Virus record (IMG/VR): IMGVR_UViG_3300020438_000021
Coordinates: 15,175 to 79,174 of that record
DNA length: 64,000 nt
Direction: 5' to 3' (one strand)
Origin: a virus
Part shown: piece by piece, positions 17,010 through 25,411 of the stretch
How the letters are laid out: every line of letters begins with the position of its first letter
Numbering within the stretch: position 1 is the first letter of the stretch
Position numbers and translations under genes: made by a program
Notes under the pieces: model-generated
Databases searched by the model: none
What the model was told of the DNA's origin: nothing
Seen by the model: only the letters and a program-made list of their open reading frames with translations

Positions 17010-17902
17010 TCATGGCATGTCCTGAATGTGGAGAGCATGATAGTTTCTTTGATGATGTGCTAGGTGAGAATGTATGCAATGGTTGTGGGTTGGTTCAAGT
17101 TATCAGGCCGTTTGAGGAAACCACATCAATAATAAAGGATGGTAATCAAACACATGAGCCAACGAGAAGGTTAGGTTCTCTAATCATGGAGACAAAATCC
17201 AACTATAATCATAATCAGATGGTTAGAATGAAGAAGCACAACCTGTATGCGGCTGCGTTGTCTGAGGCAGATAACAGGACTATCGTTTTATCTCAGATGA
17301 TTCTATCTAACTATCAAGTCAGTTCCTCTATCAAGAAGAAGGTAGAGGAATACCTTCGTTCTCTGAATATTGAGCATGTGTTTAGAGGTGCTTCTGTTGA
17401 ACACAGAGCAGCATCCTTGACCTTCTTCATATTGAAGGAAAGCAAAGTGCCTATGAACATAAGAGAGCATAGTAGATACTCGATGGTTGAGAGGAAGTAT
17501 ATCTCACGTTGGGGTAAGAGAGTAGCAAGGCACTTCAGGAAGTCATATGTATTCACACAAGAGAATGCTATGAGAACGGCATCATCCATCTTAGATAGAT
17601 TGGATGAGATACCCACAGGATATCGAATGGAAGCGATGAGCATGATTCAGTTCTTGGAGACCTTCTACCAAGAGCAGCATTTGAGATTCTCACCGAACAA
17701 GGTTGTTGCTGGATTGTGGGTCGCAGGAAGAATGCAGAGAAAATACAGAGTAACTCAAGAAAGTCTAGTGAAGGCTTCGGGTAACACAACATCAGCAATG
17801 GGGTTGAGAGAACAGGTGAGAGAGATGCAGAATATGTTCGGTCTATCGAAAGAAGACCTATACAGCCTATCTGTGTCTGATTTTGTATCAGGAGCGTATT
17901 AA
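17000..17902 (+). CDS. tfb: Transcription factor B (TFB/TFIIB) homolog
   Basis: N-terminal zinc ribbon CPECG...GENVCNGCGLV then two cyclin-like repeats (RGASVEHRAA; SPNKVVAGLWVA..VTQESL). Confidence 0.85.
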   Translation: MEIVMACPECGEHDSFFDDVLGENVCNGCGLVQVIRPFEETTSIIKDGNQTHEPTRRLGSLIMETKSNYNHNQMVRMKKHNLYAAALSEADNRTIVLSQMILSNYQVSSSIKKKVEEYLRSLNIEHVFRGASVEHRAASLTFFILKESKVPMNIREHSRYSMVERKYISRWGKRVARHFRKSYVFTQENAMRTASSILDRLDEIPTGYRMEAMSMIQFLETFYQEQHLRFSPNKVVAGLWVAGRMQRKYRVTQESLVKASGNTTSAMGLREQVREMQNMFGLSKEDLYSLSVSDFVSGAY

Positions 17903-18146
17903 GATGGAAGAGTTAATTGAAACACTAAAGAGAATGCAATACCACTTCAGTAAGTTCATTGAAGAGTATGAGAATCTACCACAGTTGAAGAACGTTGTCA
18001 GGAGAACAGTGCTAGAAGACGCAATATCTGTTGTCGGAGCGACAATGGATGGAATAACAAATGAGATAGTTGATGCTTGGCATCATTATCAACAACAAAT
18101 GATAGACAACAATGTAATAGATATAGGTGATGAAAATGATGAATAG
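17883..18146 (+). CDS. Hypothetical helical protein
   Basis: ORF between TFB and E1; likely start at MEELIE. Confidence 0.65.
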   Translation: MYQERIKMEELIETLKRMQYHFSKFIEEYENLPQLKNVVRRTVLEDAISVVGATMDGITNEIVDAWHHYQQQMIDNNVIDIGDENDE

Positions 18147-18729
18147 AAGAATAATGATAATCGGAGCAGGTGGAATTGGTAGTTTCCTAACACAATTCCT
18201 TCAGAGACTAGGATATAGAATAACAGTGTTTGATGATGATGGTGTTGAGAGGAAGAACATCGGATATCAGAACTTCAGTGTTAATGATATAGGAGAGAAC
18301 AAAGCAAGTATTCTAGCAGACAGAATATGGGACACATCCTTTCGTGGCACAGTCAACGATGAGCCTTTCAAGGTTCTAACAGCAAAGCAGTTACAGGGCT
18401 ACAACTTGGTTGTGTGTTGTGCAGATAATCTTGCTGTAAGGCGTTTATTGTATCAGCAAGGGTTTGGTGCAGATGCCAAGTTGAAGTGGCTAGACCTGCG
18501 AGCGCAGGGCAGGAATGGGGTATTGGTATCCTATCTAGCAGACCCTTCTATGAAGAGACTTGCAGATGGTGCTGATGGTTCATTCTCATGTCAAGCACAG
18601 TCTTGGGATGGGACTGCTAAGGATATTGATTGCATGAATATCGTAATTGCTGCAACAGCAGCACAATGGATACAGAAGTGGTTCAACGATAACAACGATG
18701 TCAAAGACATGATGGTGTTGAACATATGA
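18127..18729 (+). CDS. ThiF/MoeB/E1-like adenylyltransferase
   Basis: IIGAGGIGS nucleotide-binding loop, DDDGVERKNIGYQ, GENKA, CADNLAVR, WLDLR, candidate catalytic FSC. Confidence 0.9.
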   Translation: MMKMMNRRIMIIGAGGIGSFLTQFLQRLGYRITVFDDDGVERKNIGYQNFSVNDIGENKASILADRIWDTSFRGTVNDEPFKVLTAKQLQGYNLVVCCADNLAVRRLLYQQGFGADAKLKWLDLRAQGRNGVLVSYLADPSMKRLADGADGSFSCQAQSWDGTAKDIDCMNIVIAATAAQWIQKWFNDNNDVKDMMVLNI

Positions 18730-18893
18730 AGAAATGTGACTGTGCAGAATGTCCCTGTCACTATCCGCTTAAGACCTTCTTTGGAGAATCGAGCAGTGCA
18801 GGTATGTTTCTGCCACTGAAAGATGCAACAGTAGTTTGTGGTAGATGTAAGCAGAACCTATCATGCAAGAAATGTAGAGGTGAAGATGAATGA
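18726..18893 (+). CDS. 55-aa Cys-rich zinc-binding microprotein coupled to E1 (not in ORF track)
   Basis: MKKCDCAECPCH...CGRCKQNLSCKKCRGEDE, 8 Cys; ATGA overlap with the E1 stop. Confidence 0.65.
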   Translation: MKKCDCAECPCHYPLKTFFGESSSAGMFLPLKDATVVCGRCKQNLSCKKCRGEDE

Positions 18894-18954
18894 ATTGTGA
18901 TAATTGTGGAATGAAAATAAATGAATTAAGAATAAAGACAGATGAATGTTGTAG

Positions 18955-19200
18955 ATGGGTGGTGATGAAATGAGAGCGAGTTCAAAGATACATGTTGAGT
19001 ATGAAGTCCTGAAGTATATTATGGACAGGATAGACTTAACAGAGTTAGAAGAGAGGATGTGTCCTTCGGGAGACAAAGTAGCAGAGAAGAGATTCAAGGA
19101 TGGTGCTGACACAGTATCTAACTTGGTTAATAATCTGATAGTCAGGAGACTACACAGGTTGCCTAACACACATCCTGCCTACAAGGAGAAGGCAGAATGA
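18955..19200 (+). CDS. Hypothetical protein
   Basis: GGTGA RBS; likely start at MRASSK. Confidence 0.7.
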   Translation: MGGDEMRASSKIHVEYEVLKYIMDRIDLTELEERMCPSGDKVAEKRFKDGADTVSNLVNNLIVRRLHRLPNTHPAYKEKAE

Positions 19201-19496
19201 TTCACTTCCGAATCTTAGACAAAACTCTCTGTGGTGCTGACTACAAAGAGCCTAGTGAGAAAGCAGCGAAAGATGGTAGGATTTGTGATGACTGCATCCA
19301 AGTGATGTGGAAGGAACAATACAGAAGAAACGTTCTCAGAGTAAAGCAGCCTACACAACAAAAGGTCAGTTTAACCGAGAAATGGGAAAAGGCTTGGGAA
19401 GAAACTAACAAGGAAGAGGTTGTAGTCGAAGAACCTCGATTGTCTCCACCTAGAGCAATCAAATCGCTTCGACATTATATGAAGGTGAAAGCATGA
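19197..19496 (+). CDS. Hypothetical protein with H..C..CxxC zinc motif
   Basis: ATGA-coupled. Confidence 0.7.
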   Translation: MIHFRILDKTLCGADYKEPSEKAAKDGRICDDCIQVMWKEQYRRNVLRVKQPTQQKVSLTEKWEKAWEETNKEEVVVEEPRLSPPRAIKSLRHYMKVKA

Positions 19497-19735
19497 CAAA
19501 GGAAGATGCAAATATAGATGACATAAGCGAAGAAGACATAGGCCGGATGTTGACCATTATATCAACAGATGGATACTACAAACAGGCGATGATTGTAAAG
19601 GTCGTTTGCCCTGTTTGTGGCGAAGAGTTCTTGGGAACTAAGAGACATGCTGGTGGATTCATAGCAGGACACAGAGCATATCATGAGTTTGAGAACGAGC
19701 AGGATATGAGAGTAAACCAAATGGGAGGAATATAA
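19493..19735 (+). CDS. C2H2-type zinc-finger protein
   Basis: CPVCGEEF...GHRAYH. Confidence 0.7.
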   Translation: MTKEDANIDDISEEDIGRMLTIISTDGYYKQAMIVKVVCPVCGEEFLGTKRHAGGFIAGHRAYHEFENEQDMRVNQMGGI

Positions 19736-19737
19736 TA

Positions 19738-20289
19738 ATGAAAACAAATGAAACAGAATATGAAAATGGAATAATAGAAGGATTGGAAGTAAAGGATGAG
19801 AATTGGAAGGAGGATATTAGAACTGTATTTAACAATATAGAGTTCAACTATCCTTTCCCTGACCCACAGACAGAGGCATTCTACACAGTGATATGGAACA
19901 AGTCTCTTGAGGCGTTTGATTCGCCAAGAGAAGTACAGGTAATCGTAGATGCGAAAGACGACTTGTATATGAGTGTAGGAACTTTCGGATTTGTGAGTTT
20001 CAAGAATCAAGGTGAACAACTAGATGGAATGAAAACCCCCTTGAAATGTTGGATACACACACATCCATTCGGTCAGGCTTTCTTCAGTGGAACTGATTGG
20101 AAAACAATCAAGTCATGGAGAGGTATGATGGAAAGTGCAACAGTTCTTGGAGATAACCAGTTCATTGCATATGACCCAAAGACCGAGATAGCGAAGAAAG
20201 TTCACTATGGTATTTACAGACAAGAGCCTGTTGAGAAGCCTGAGTGGGTAAAGGCAGCAGAAGATGTATTGGATGGTGAAGAGGAATGA
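19738..20289 (+). CDS. JAB/MPN+ (JAMM) zinc metalloprotease, Ubl-processing/deconjugating
   Basis: Upstream catalytic Glu (REVQV) and complete JAMM motif WIHTHPFGQAFFSGTD. Confidence 0.9.
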   Translation: MKTNETEYENGIIEGLEVKDENWKEDIRTVFNNIEFNYPFPDPQTEAFYTVIWNKSLEAFDSPREVQVIVDAKDDLYMSVGTFGFVSFKNQGEQLDGMKTPLKCWIHTHPFGQAFFSGTDWKTIKSWRGMMESATVLGDNQFIAYDPKTEIAKKVHYGIYRQEPVEKPEWVKAAEDVLDGEEE

Positions 20290-20480
20290 GTAAGAAGTTC
20301 TACACGATAGCGTTGCAGTATGATATTAGTGGAGACCCATGTGACCCACCACATCATATTGAAGATAGGATGGTTATGCTCATGCAACTAATGCATGAGA
20401 GAGGATTCGGTATGGATGTATCCTACGGATATGCTGACAAGAAGATAATGAGAACAATTGAGGAAGGTGCTAAGGAATGA
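20286..20480 (+). CDS. Hypothetical protein
   Basis: ATGA-coupled. Confidence 0.65.
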   Translation: MSKKFYTIALQYDISGDPCDPPHHIEDRMVMLMQLMHERGFGMDVSYGYADKKIMRTIEEGAKE

Positions 20481-20815
20481 ATACTTATTGTGGAATAGCA
20501 GATGCTCATGGATTAGAGTCTTTCATGGAATGTGAAGGGATAGGTTCTGCTCCTATGACTCTGACAATGAGGGCAAGTCTGAACAGGCAGAGACATGCTT
20601 TGGTGTATTGGGTTGAACTACCTGATGACAAAGCAGAGCAGATGCATGAGGCAATCAGGCAAGCACAAGCAGATGGAGATTGGCATGAGCCTCTTCTTCT
20701 ACTAAAGAATCCTGACTTCACGGAGACAGTATCCTTTGAGGATTCAATGAAGGGTAGTTGGGATATGATACCCAATGACAAGTTAGACCCATATTGGGGA
20801 AGTGATGATGAATGA
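20477..20815 (+). CDS. Hypothetical protein
   Basis: ATGA-coupled. Confidence 0.75.
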   Translation: MNTYCGIADAHGLESFMECEGIGSAPMTLTMRASLNRQRHALVYWVELPDDKAEQMHEAIRQAQADGDWHEPLLLLKNPDFTETVSFEDSMKGSWDMIPNDKLDPYWGSDDE

Positions 20816-21570
20816 AGTATTGGGCATTTGAAATGAAGACAGGTGATGACAAACTCATCAACTGTAATGAGATTGAGAGGGTGTTCCTACTTGGTAAACA
20901 TCAGGAGTATGATGTGATGTCAGGAATTGGTGTAGATGTTATCTATGATAATGTTCAGTTACTAAAGACTGAAATTGTATCAACAGTAAATCCAAAGGAG
21001 AACAAGAATTTCAAATCGAATCGAAAGAAGAAGGACAGTAAGATACCTGTTAGGCATGAGATACGAGCAGGTGGTAAGACGGAGATTGTTCATATCCCTG
21101 TCTCTGCTGAACAACGCTTTCAGAATAAGAAGGTGAGGGAGTCGGTAGAAGGAACAATAGTGAAGATATTGTCAGATGGTATTAACACAGATTTCTTTGT
21201 CAAGAGACATGTAGACGGCTCGCTCTATCTTCTACAAGAGGAGAATACCCACCATGAGTATTGGGGTAAGTGGAAGATTCAACCTAACGAATGGGTTCTT
21301 TGGAGTGATAACTATGTCAAGAAAGGAAAGAAGGGTACACCACATGAACATCATCGTTCAGCGTGTTGCTATGCTCCTAACAGAAGGAGACTTGCCAACA
21401 AGCCATTTTGTCTAGATTGCGCTGGTGACACAAAGGTGCAAAGAACAAACAGGAGAATAAACAACGGTGGTCCTGAAAGTAACTTGATTTTTACGAAAGA
21501 TGGAGAACTAACAACAGCATGGACTCAACAGAGTCTAGACAGATTAAGACAACAGGAGGATAACGAATGA
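20812..21570 (+). CDS. Hypothetical protein with SACC...CxxC zinc motif
   Basis: ATGA-coupled 252-aa ORF. Confidence 0.75.
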   Translation: MKYWAFEMKTGDDKLINCNEIERVFLLGKHQEYDVMSGIGVDVIYDNVQLLKTEIVSTVNPKENKNFKSNRKKKDSKIPVRHEIRAGGKTEIVHIPVSAEQRFQNKKVRESVEGTIVKILSDGINTDFFVKRHVDGSLYLLQEENTHHEYWGKWKIQPNEWVLWSDNYVKKGKKGTPHEHHRSACCYAPNRRRLANKPFCLDCAGDTKVQRTNRRINNGGPESNLIFTKDGELTTAWTQQSLDRLRQQEDNE

Positions 21571-21797
21571 AAGATAAATATTACAAATTGACGACAGAAT
21601 CAGGAATGACGACATTGAACATGGCAGATGTATCAGCATACTCTGTGATAGAAACACCACAGGGAATGTTGAAGAAATCCGTTTACGATGTTGAGATACA
21701 CTTGAAGAGTGGTACTATCTTTACTACTATAATGACAGAAGCAGAGATGATAGTTTGGGAGGATGTATACTTCCCTAAGTCGGTGGTGAACGAATGA
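21567..21797 (+). CDS. Hypothetical protein
   Basis: GGAGG RBS; ATGA overlap. Confidence 0.7.
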   Translation: MKDKYYKLTTESGMTTLNMADVSAYSVIETPQGMLKKSVYDVEIHLKSGTIFTTIMTEAEMIVWEDVYFPKSVVNE

Positions 21798-21925
21798 AGA
21801 ACGGAAGATACGCAAGACATGAAGCAGCAGTGGAAAGAAAACTTGATGAGATTAAACTACTGTTGGAATTACAGACCAAGTTACTAACAGGCTTGGCATT
21901 CACAGAAATGATGGAGGAAGAATAA
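21794..21925 (+). CDS. 43-aa hypothetical protein (not in ORF track)
   Basis: GGTGA RBS; ATGA and TAATG coupling. Confidence 0.6.
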   Translation: MKNGRYARHEAAVERKLDEIKLLLELQTKLLTGLAFTEMMEEE

Positions 21926-22038
21926 TGAGAGTGAGAATGACTATGGAAAACAGCAGACAGACAACACTAGAGGAATTTGGTTTTACATTTGGAGAGAGAC
22001 AGACGACTCTAGAAGAGTTCGGTTTCGTCTTTCAATAG
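21925..22038 (+). CDS. 37-aa peptide made of two tandem PIP-box-like motifs (RQTTLEEFGF x2)
   Basis: MRVRMTMENSRQTTLEEFGFTFGERQTTLEEFGFVFQ; GGAGG RBS; TAATG coupling; the two repeats differ at synonymous positions. Confidence 0.7.
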   Translation: MRVRMTMENSRQTTLEEFGFTFGERQTTLEEFGFVFQ

Positions 22039-22078
22039 GATGTAGCAACATATTTATCCTTCCTGTACTTGCGAGAAG

Positions 22079-22561
22079 ATGATTGTGATGACGAACAGCA
22101 TTAACAAACTATTGACGCTTATGATAGTAGGTGTATTCCTAGCAGGATGCACAGAAGCATTACCTGACCCACCTGAAGAGGAGTTTGAGGGTCAGATAAA
22201 TGACAGTGATTGGACTGTATTGGCTGGCGAGTTTACGCTTGTGATGAATAACAGCAGCAATGAGTCTCTTATTCATGCCCCTACTATTTGGTTAGACACA
22301 AACACAACATACGGAGCAATAGAACTTCAGTCATTTACATACAATATAACGCATCTGTCCTTTGAAGTAATCAACAATTCAGTTATCTTCAGCAATTACA
22401 GTTGGGTAGACATGCAAGGCTACTTGATTCAAGGAGGCATGTATTGGTCAAGTGGTTTTGCTCCTGAGTTCGGAAACGCAACCCTGCACTTTGCAGCCTT
22501 CCCATTCGATGTTACAGTTGAGTATGAACTGGTATACAGAGTATGGGATGGCAGACAATGA
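22079..22561 (+). CDS. Putative lipoprotein
   Basis: Hydrophobic signal with lipobox FLAGC; several N-x-S/T sequons. Confidence 0.7.
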   Translation: MIVMTNSINKLLTLMIVGVFLAGCTEALPDPPEEEFEGQINDSDWTVLAGEFTLVMNNSSNESLIHAPTIWLDTNTTYGAIELQSFTYNITHLSFEVINNSVIFSNYSWVDMQGYLIQGGMYWSSGFAPEFGNATLHFAAFPFDVTVEYELVYRVWDGRQ

Positions 22562-22956
22562 AGAAAGCAGTAACTGTACGCTTTCCTGCTCCGCTACCTG
22601 CGGAGATAGAGTGTCCTATTTGTTTAGGAAACAAGTGTGTAGTCTGTGAAATGTCAGGTAAGATAAAGGTCACAGTTGATGCTAAAGTACCTATTCAAAG
22701 ACATCTGATTGTACAGTATATTGCTGAACACATGGATGAGGTTGCTAATGAACTATCACAGAAGTTTGGTCTTATACCTGATATAGAGACTGAGGATATG
22801 TTTGAGGTTGAAGGTAGAACATATGAACTAGTAAAGATAAGTAGTCTTGGTGGTGTTGTATGGGTAGCACACAGAATAGATGCACAGGAATCTCCACGAT
22901 ACTTTAAGTCGTGGAAAAACTTACAGCAGTTTAAGGGTGGTTGGCTTGAAGGATGA
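22543..22956 (+). CDS. Hypothetical protein with CxxC..CxxC motif
   Basis: CPICLGNKCVVC; likely start at MKKAV (22558). Confidence 0.75.
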   Translation: MGWQTMKKAVTVRFPAPLPAEIECPICLGNKCVVCEMSGKIKVTVDAKVPIQRHLIVQYIAEHMDEVANELSQKFGLIPDIETEDMFEVEGRTYELVKISSLGGVVWVAHRIDAQESPRYFKSWKNLQQFKGGWLEG

Positions 22957-23182
22957 AAAAATAATGGTAAGAATACCAAGAAACGGAAATGAAGAACTAA
23001 CAGTAAGAACAGGTAACTATTGGAATGTTGACATAGTTGACATTCGTTGGTATGCTAACGGAACACCAACAAAGAAAGGCGTTAGAATGAATATGAAAGA
23101 AATGAAAGATGTCGCTAAGGCATTGAATAAGATAATTGAGAGGAATAAAAATGACAATGATACGATTCAGCAGGATGTGTGA
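22880..23182 (+). CDS. PC4/YdbC-like ssDNA-binding protein (true start probably about 22964)
   Basis: VDIRWY...PTKKGVRM signature. Confidence 0.75.
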   Translation: MHRNLHDTLSRGKTYSSLRVVGLKDEKIMVRIPRNGNEELTVRTGNYWNVDIVDIRWYANGTPTKKGVRMNMKEMKDVAKALNKIIERNKNDNDTIQQDV

Positions 23183-24683
23183 AGCACTAGAAGACAGAAC
23201 ACCATCAGAAAAAAGACATATGATATGTGCGACTCTACCTCATTTCAAGGATAAGAAGTCAGCAATCAAGATTCTATCGATAGATTATGAGAAGAATAAC
23301 ATCGGTGAGAAGAAGGCCATAAAATGGCTTGCTAATATGTTCGATGTCTTTGAGGATGAGATTCAGGATTCAGTATACACTTGGATGGACTTAGGAGAAG
23401 GAATGAAGGAGTTCGTAAGTCAAAACAGACCTGACTCCACTTTCACCCTAGCAGAGATATTGAGACTGTTGGAATTGAACTGCTCTTCACTAAGCAAGGA
23501 TGGTAACTATTCATTGATACGAGAAGCAATATCACAGATGTCTGCTTTAGAGATGAAGTGGTTTATTCGCTACTGGTTGAGAACACCTAGAAACGGAGTC
23601 AACAAAAGCACAGTGGAGAAAGCAATGGGAGACTACTATCAGTGTGATATGAAGAAGTATACGATAAGTCATTCACTGACCAGTCTTGTAGACTATCTAG
23701 AGAATGACCTAGAACCACCTGAACTGGTGCATGGTAACTTCGTCAAACCGATGCTTGCCAAGAAATACTTGGGTAAACTACCTGAGAGTTTCATAATGGA
23801 TGTGAAGTACGATGGTAATCGCTATCAGATACATGGAAAGGATGATGATGTTATCATCTTCAACCGTAAGGGTAAGATTGTAACAGAGCAATATGCAGAT
23901 ATCGTAGCGATAGTGAATGAGTGGGAAGCAAATGACTTCATCTTGGATACTGAGATTTATCCAATAACAAGAGATGGTAGTCCTGCTCCTCATCAGGCTC
24001 TTGCAACAAGAGTGCATTCAAAGGACAAGCAACAGGCCATATCACAATGTCCTGTGAAGTTGGTTGTATTCGACTGCCTGTTGTATCAAGGTCAGTCTAT
24101 TCTAAATGATACATATGGCGATAGGCTAGAGTATCTAGAAACCATTGTTCCAACGGAGTTCGTGACTCAGACATTTAGACATGGTAACGTGGATGCTGCG
24201 TATAATGTGGCAATCAATGGTGGCTTTGAAGGTGTGATGATAAAGGACTTGAATGCTTCTTATCAGTCAAAGAGAACTGTCTCGCTCTTGAAGTATAAGC
24301 CACCAAGAGTAGAACTGGATGTTGTCATAACATCAGGAGAATACGGCAAAGGAAAGAGGGCAGGTGTGATAGGCACATACGGAGTTAGCGTTAAAGATGG
24401 CTCGGATTATGTGAACATCGGTAAGATTGGTAGTGGTATATCAGAGGAAGAGATGTATTCACTAGATACTCAATTGAAGCGAATAGTTGATAGTTTCAGT
24501 GGTGGAACATATTACTTCTTACCTAGAATAGTCCTTGAGGTTACTTGTGATTTAATCAGTCAGAATCAGGATGGCACTTATGGTATGAGGTTTCCAAGAA
24601 TACTAAGAATAAGAGATGACAAGTATCCTAGTGATTGCAATACTATCGAGGATGTAGTAGAACAGTGTAGCAACATATATTGA
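23151..24683 (+). CDS. lig: ATP-dependent DNA ligase
   Basis: KPMLA, KYDGNR (motif I), EGVMIK, LLKYK, MRFPRILRIRDDK. Confidence 0.95.
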   Translation: MTMIRFSRMCEALEDRTPSEKRHMICATLPHFKDKKSAIKILSIDYEKNNIGEKKAIKWLANMFDVFEDEIQDSVYTWMDLGEGMKEFVSQNRPDSTFTLAEILRLLELNCSSLSKDGNYSLIREAISQMSALEMKWFIRYWLRTPRNGVNKSTVEKAMGDYYQCDMKKYTISHSLTSLVDYLENDLEPPELVHGNFVKPMLAKKYLGKLPESFIMDVKYDGNRYQIHGKDDDVIIFNRKGKIVTEQYADIVAIVNEWEANDFILDTEIYPITRDGSPAPHQALATRVHSKDKQQAISQCPVKLVVFDCLLYQGQSILNDTYGDRLEYLETIVPTEFVTQTFRHGNVDAAYNVAINGGFEGVMIKDLNASYQSKRTVSLLKYKPPRVELDVVITSGEYGKGKRAGVIGTYGVSVKDGSDYVNIGKIGSGISEEEMYSLDTQLKRIVDSFSGGTYYFLPRIVLEVTCDLISQNQDGTYGMRFPRILRIRDDKYPSDCNTIEDVVEQCSNIY

Positions 24684-24704
24684 CTCTAACTACATCGGAG
24701 TATC

Positions 24705-25100
24705 ATGTATGGTAAGGATGTATTGAATGGTATCCTTATTTCTATTGGTAATCCTGAAGTTAACATTGTCAACAGTAACAAGTCAAAACTAGGTTATCGT
24801 GTCAGACTCAGAGTTTGCATACGAGGTAAAGACACATTCCTTTGGGGTATCAACCGTTCACTACTGCAACATGAAATCGAGTCTAATTACAAAGACAAGG
24901 AACATAGTGGAAGACCCAAACCAATACTGGTAATCAGTGGTTTGGATAATCTAACTAGGCTAGTGGATATGATGGACAGCAAACTAATCGCTAACAGTGA
25001 TTGGGATACGTTCATTGCTTCACTTAGAATGATAAAGGAAAAAGAGCATCTGAAAGCCGAAGGACTTGAGAAGATACTCAAGATGAAGGGGCTTGTCTGA
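24705..25100 (+). CDS. Single-domain LAGLIDADG endonuclease-like protein, degenerate active site
   Basis: LNGILISIG in the motif position, KLGYRVRL strand, KEHLKAEGLEKI tail typical of the family. Confidence 0.65.
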   Translation: MYGKDVLNGILISIGNPEVNIVNSNKSKLGYRVRLRVCIRGKDTFLWGINRSLLQHEIESNYKDKEHSGRPKPILVISGLDNLTRLVDMMDSKLIANSDWDTFIASLRMIKEKEHLKAEGLEKILKMKGLV

Positions 25101-25411
25101 TGCTATGTCCTAGATGTAATCTAAGAGAAACAGAGGTATCTCTCTGTTCTGTTTGTATGTTGAAAATACAGATGAGAAAACCTGAACATACAACAGATGA
25201 TGAAATTGTAAACCACCATGTCATGCAACGAATAAAGGAAGGTTGCAGGGAATGTGGTAGTCACTCCTTTGCTTATGAGGCAGGAGTGAAAGAAGAGAAC
25301 GGACTAAAGTGGTATGTCATTTTAGTTTCGTGTGGGGCGTGTAACAAAGCCTATGAAGAAATAATGGAAGTGAGGGTAGATGAGCCTATTGAATATGCAG
25401 AATCAGAATAG
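25100..25411 (+). CDS. Double zinc-ribbon protein
   Basis: CPRC..CSVC and CREC..CGAC. Confidence 0.7.
   Translation: MLCPRCNLRETEVSLCSVCMLKIQMRKPEHTTDDEIVNHHVMQRIKEGCRECGSHSFAYEAGVKEENGLKWYVILVSCGACNKAYEEIMEVRVDEPIEYAESE

Noticed and set aside
18127-18729. Thiamine or molybdopterin biosynthesis gene (thiF/moeB)
   Set aside because: Lacks MoeB zinc CxxC motifs and no ThiG, MoaE or sulfurtransferase is in the window; the JAB partner favours conjugation, though a sulfur relay is not excluded
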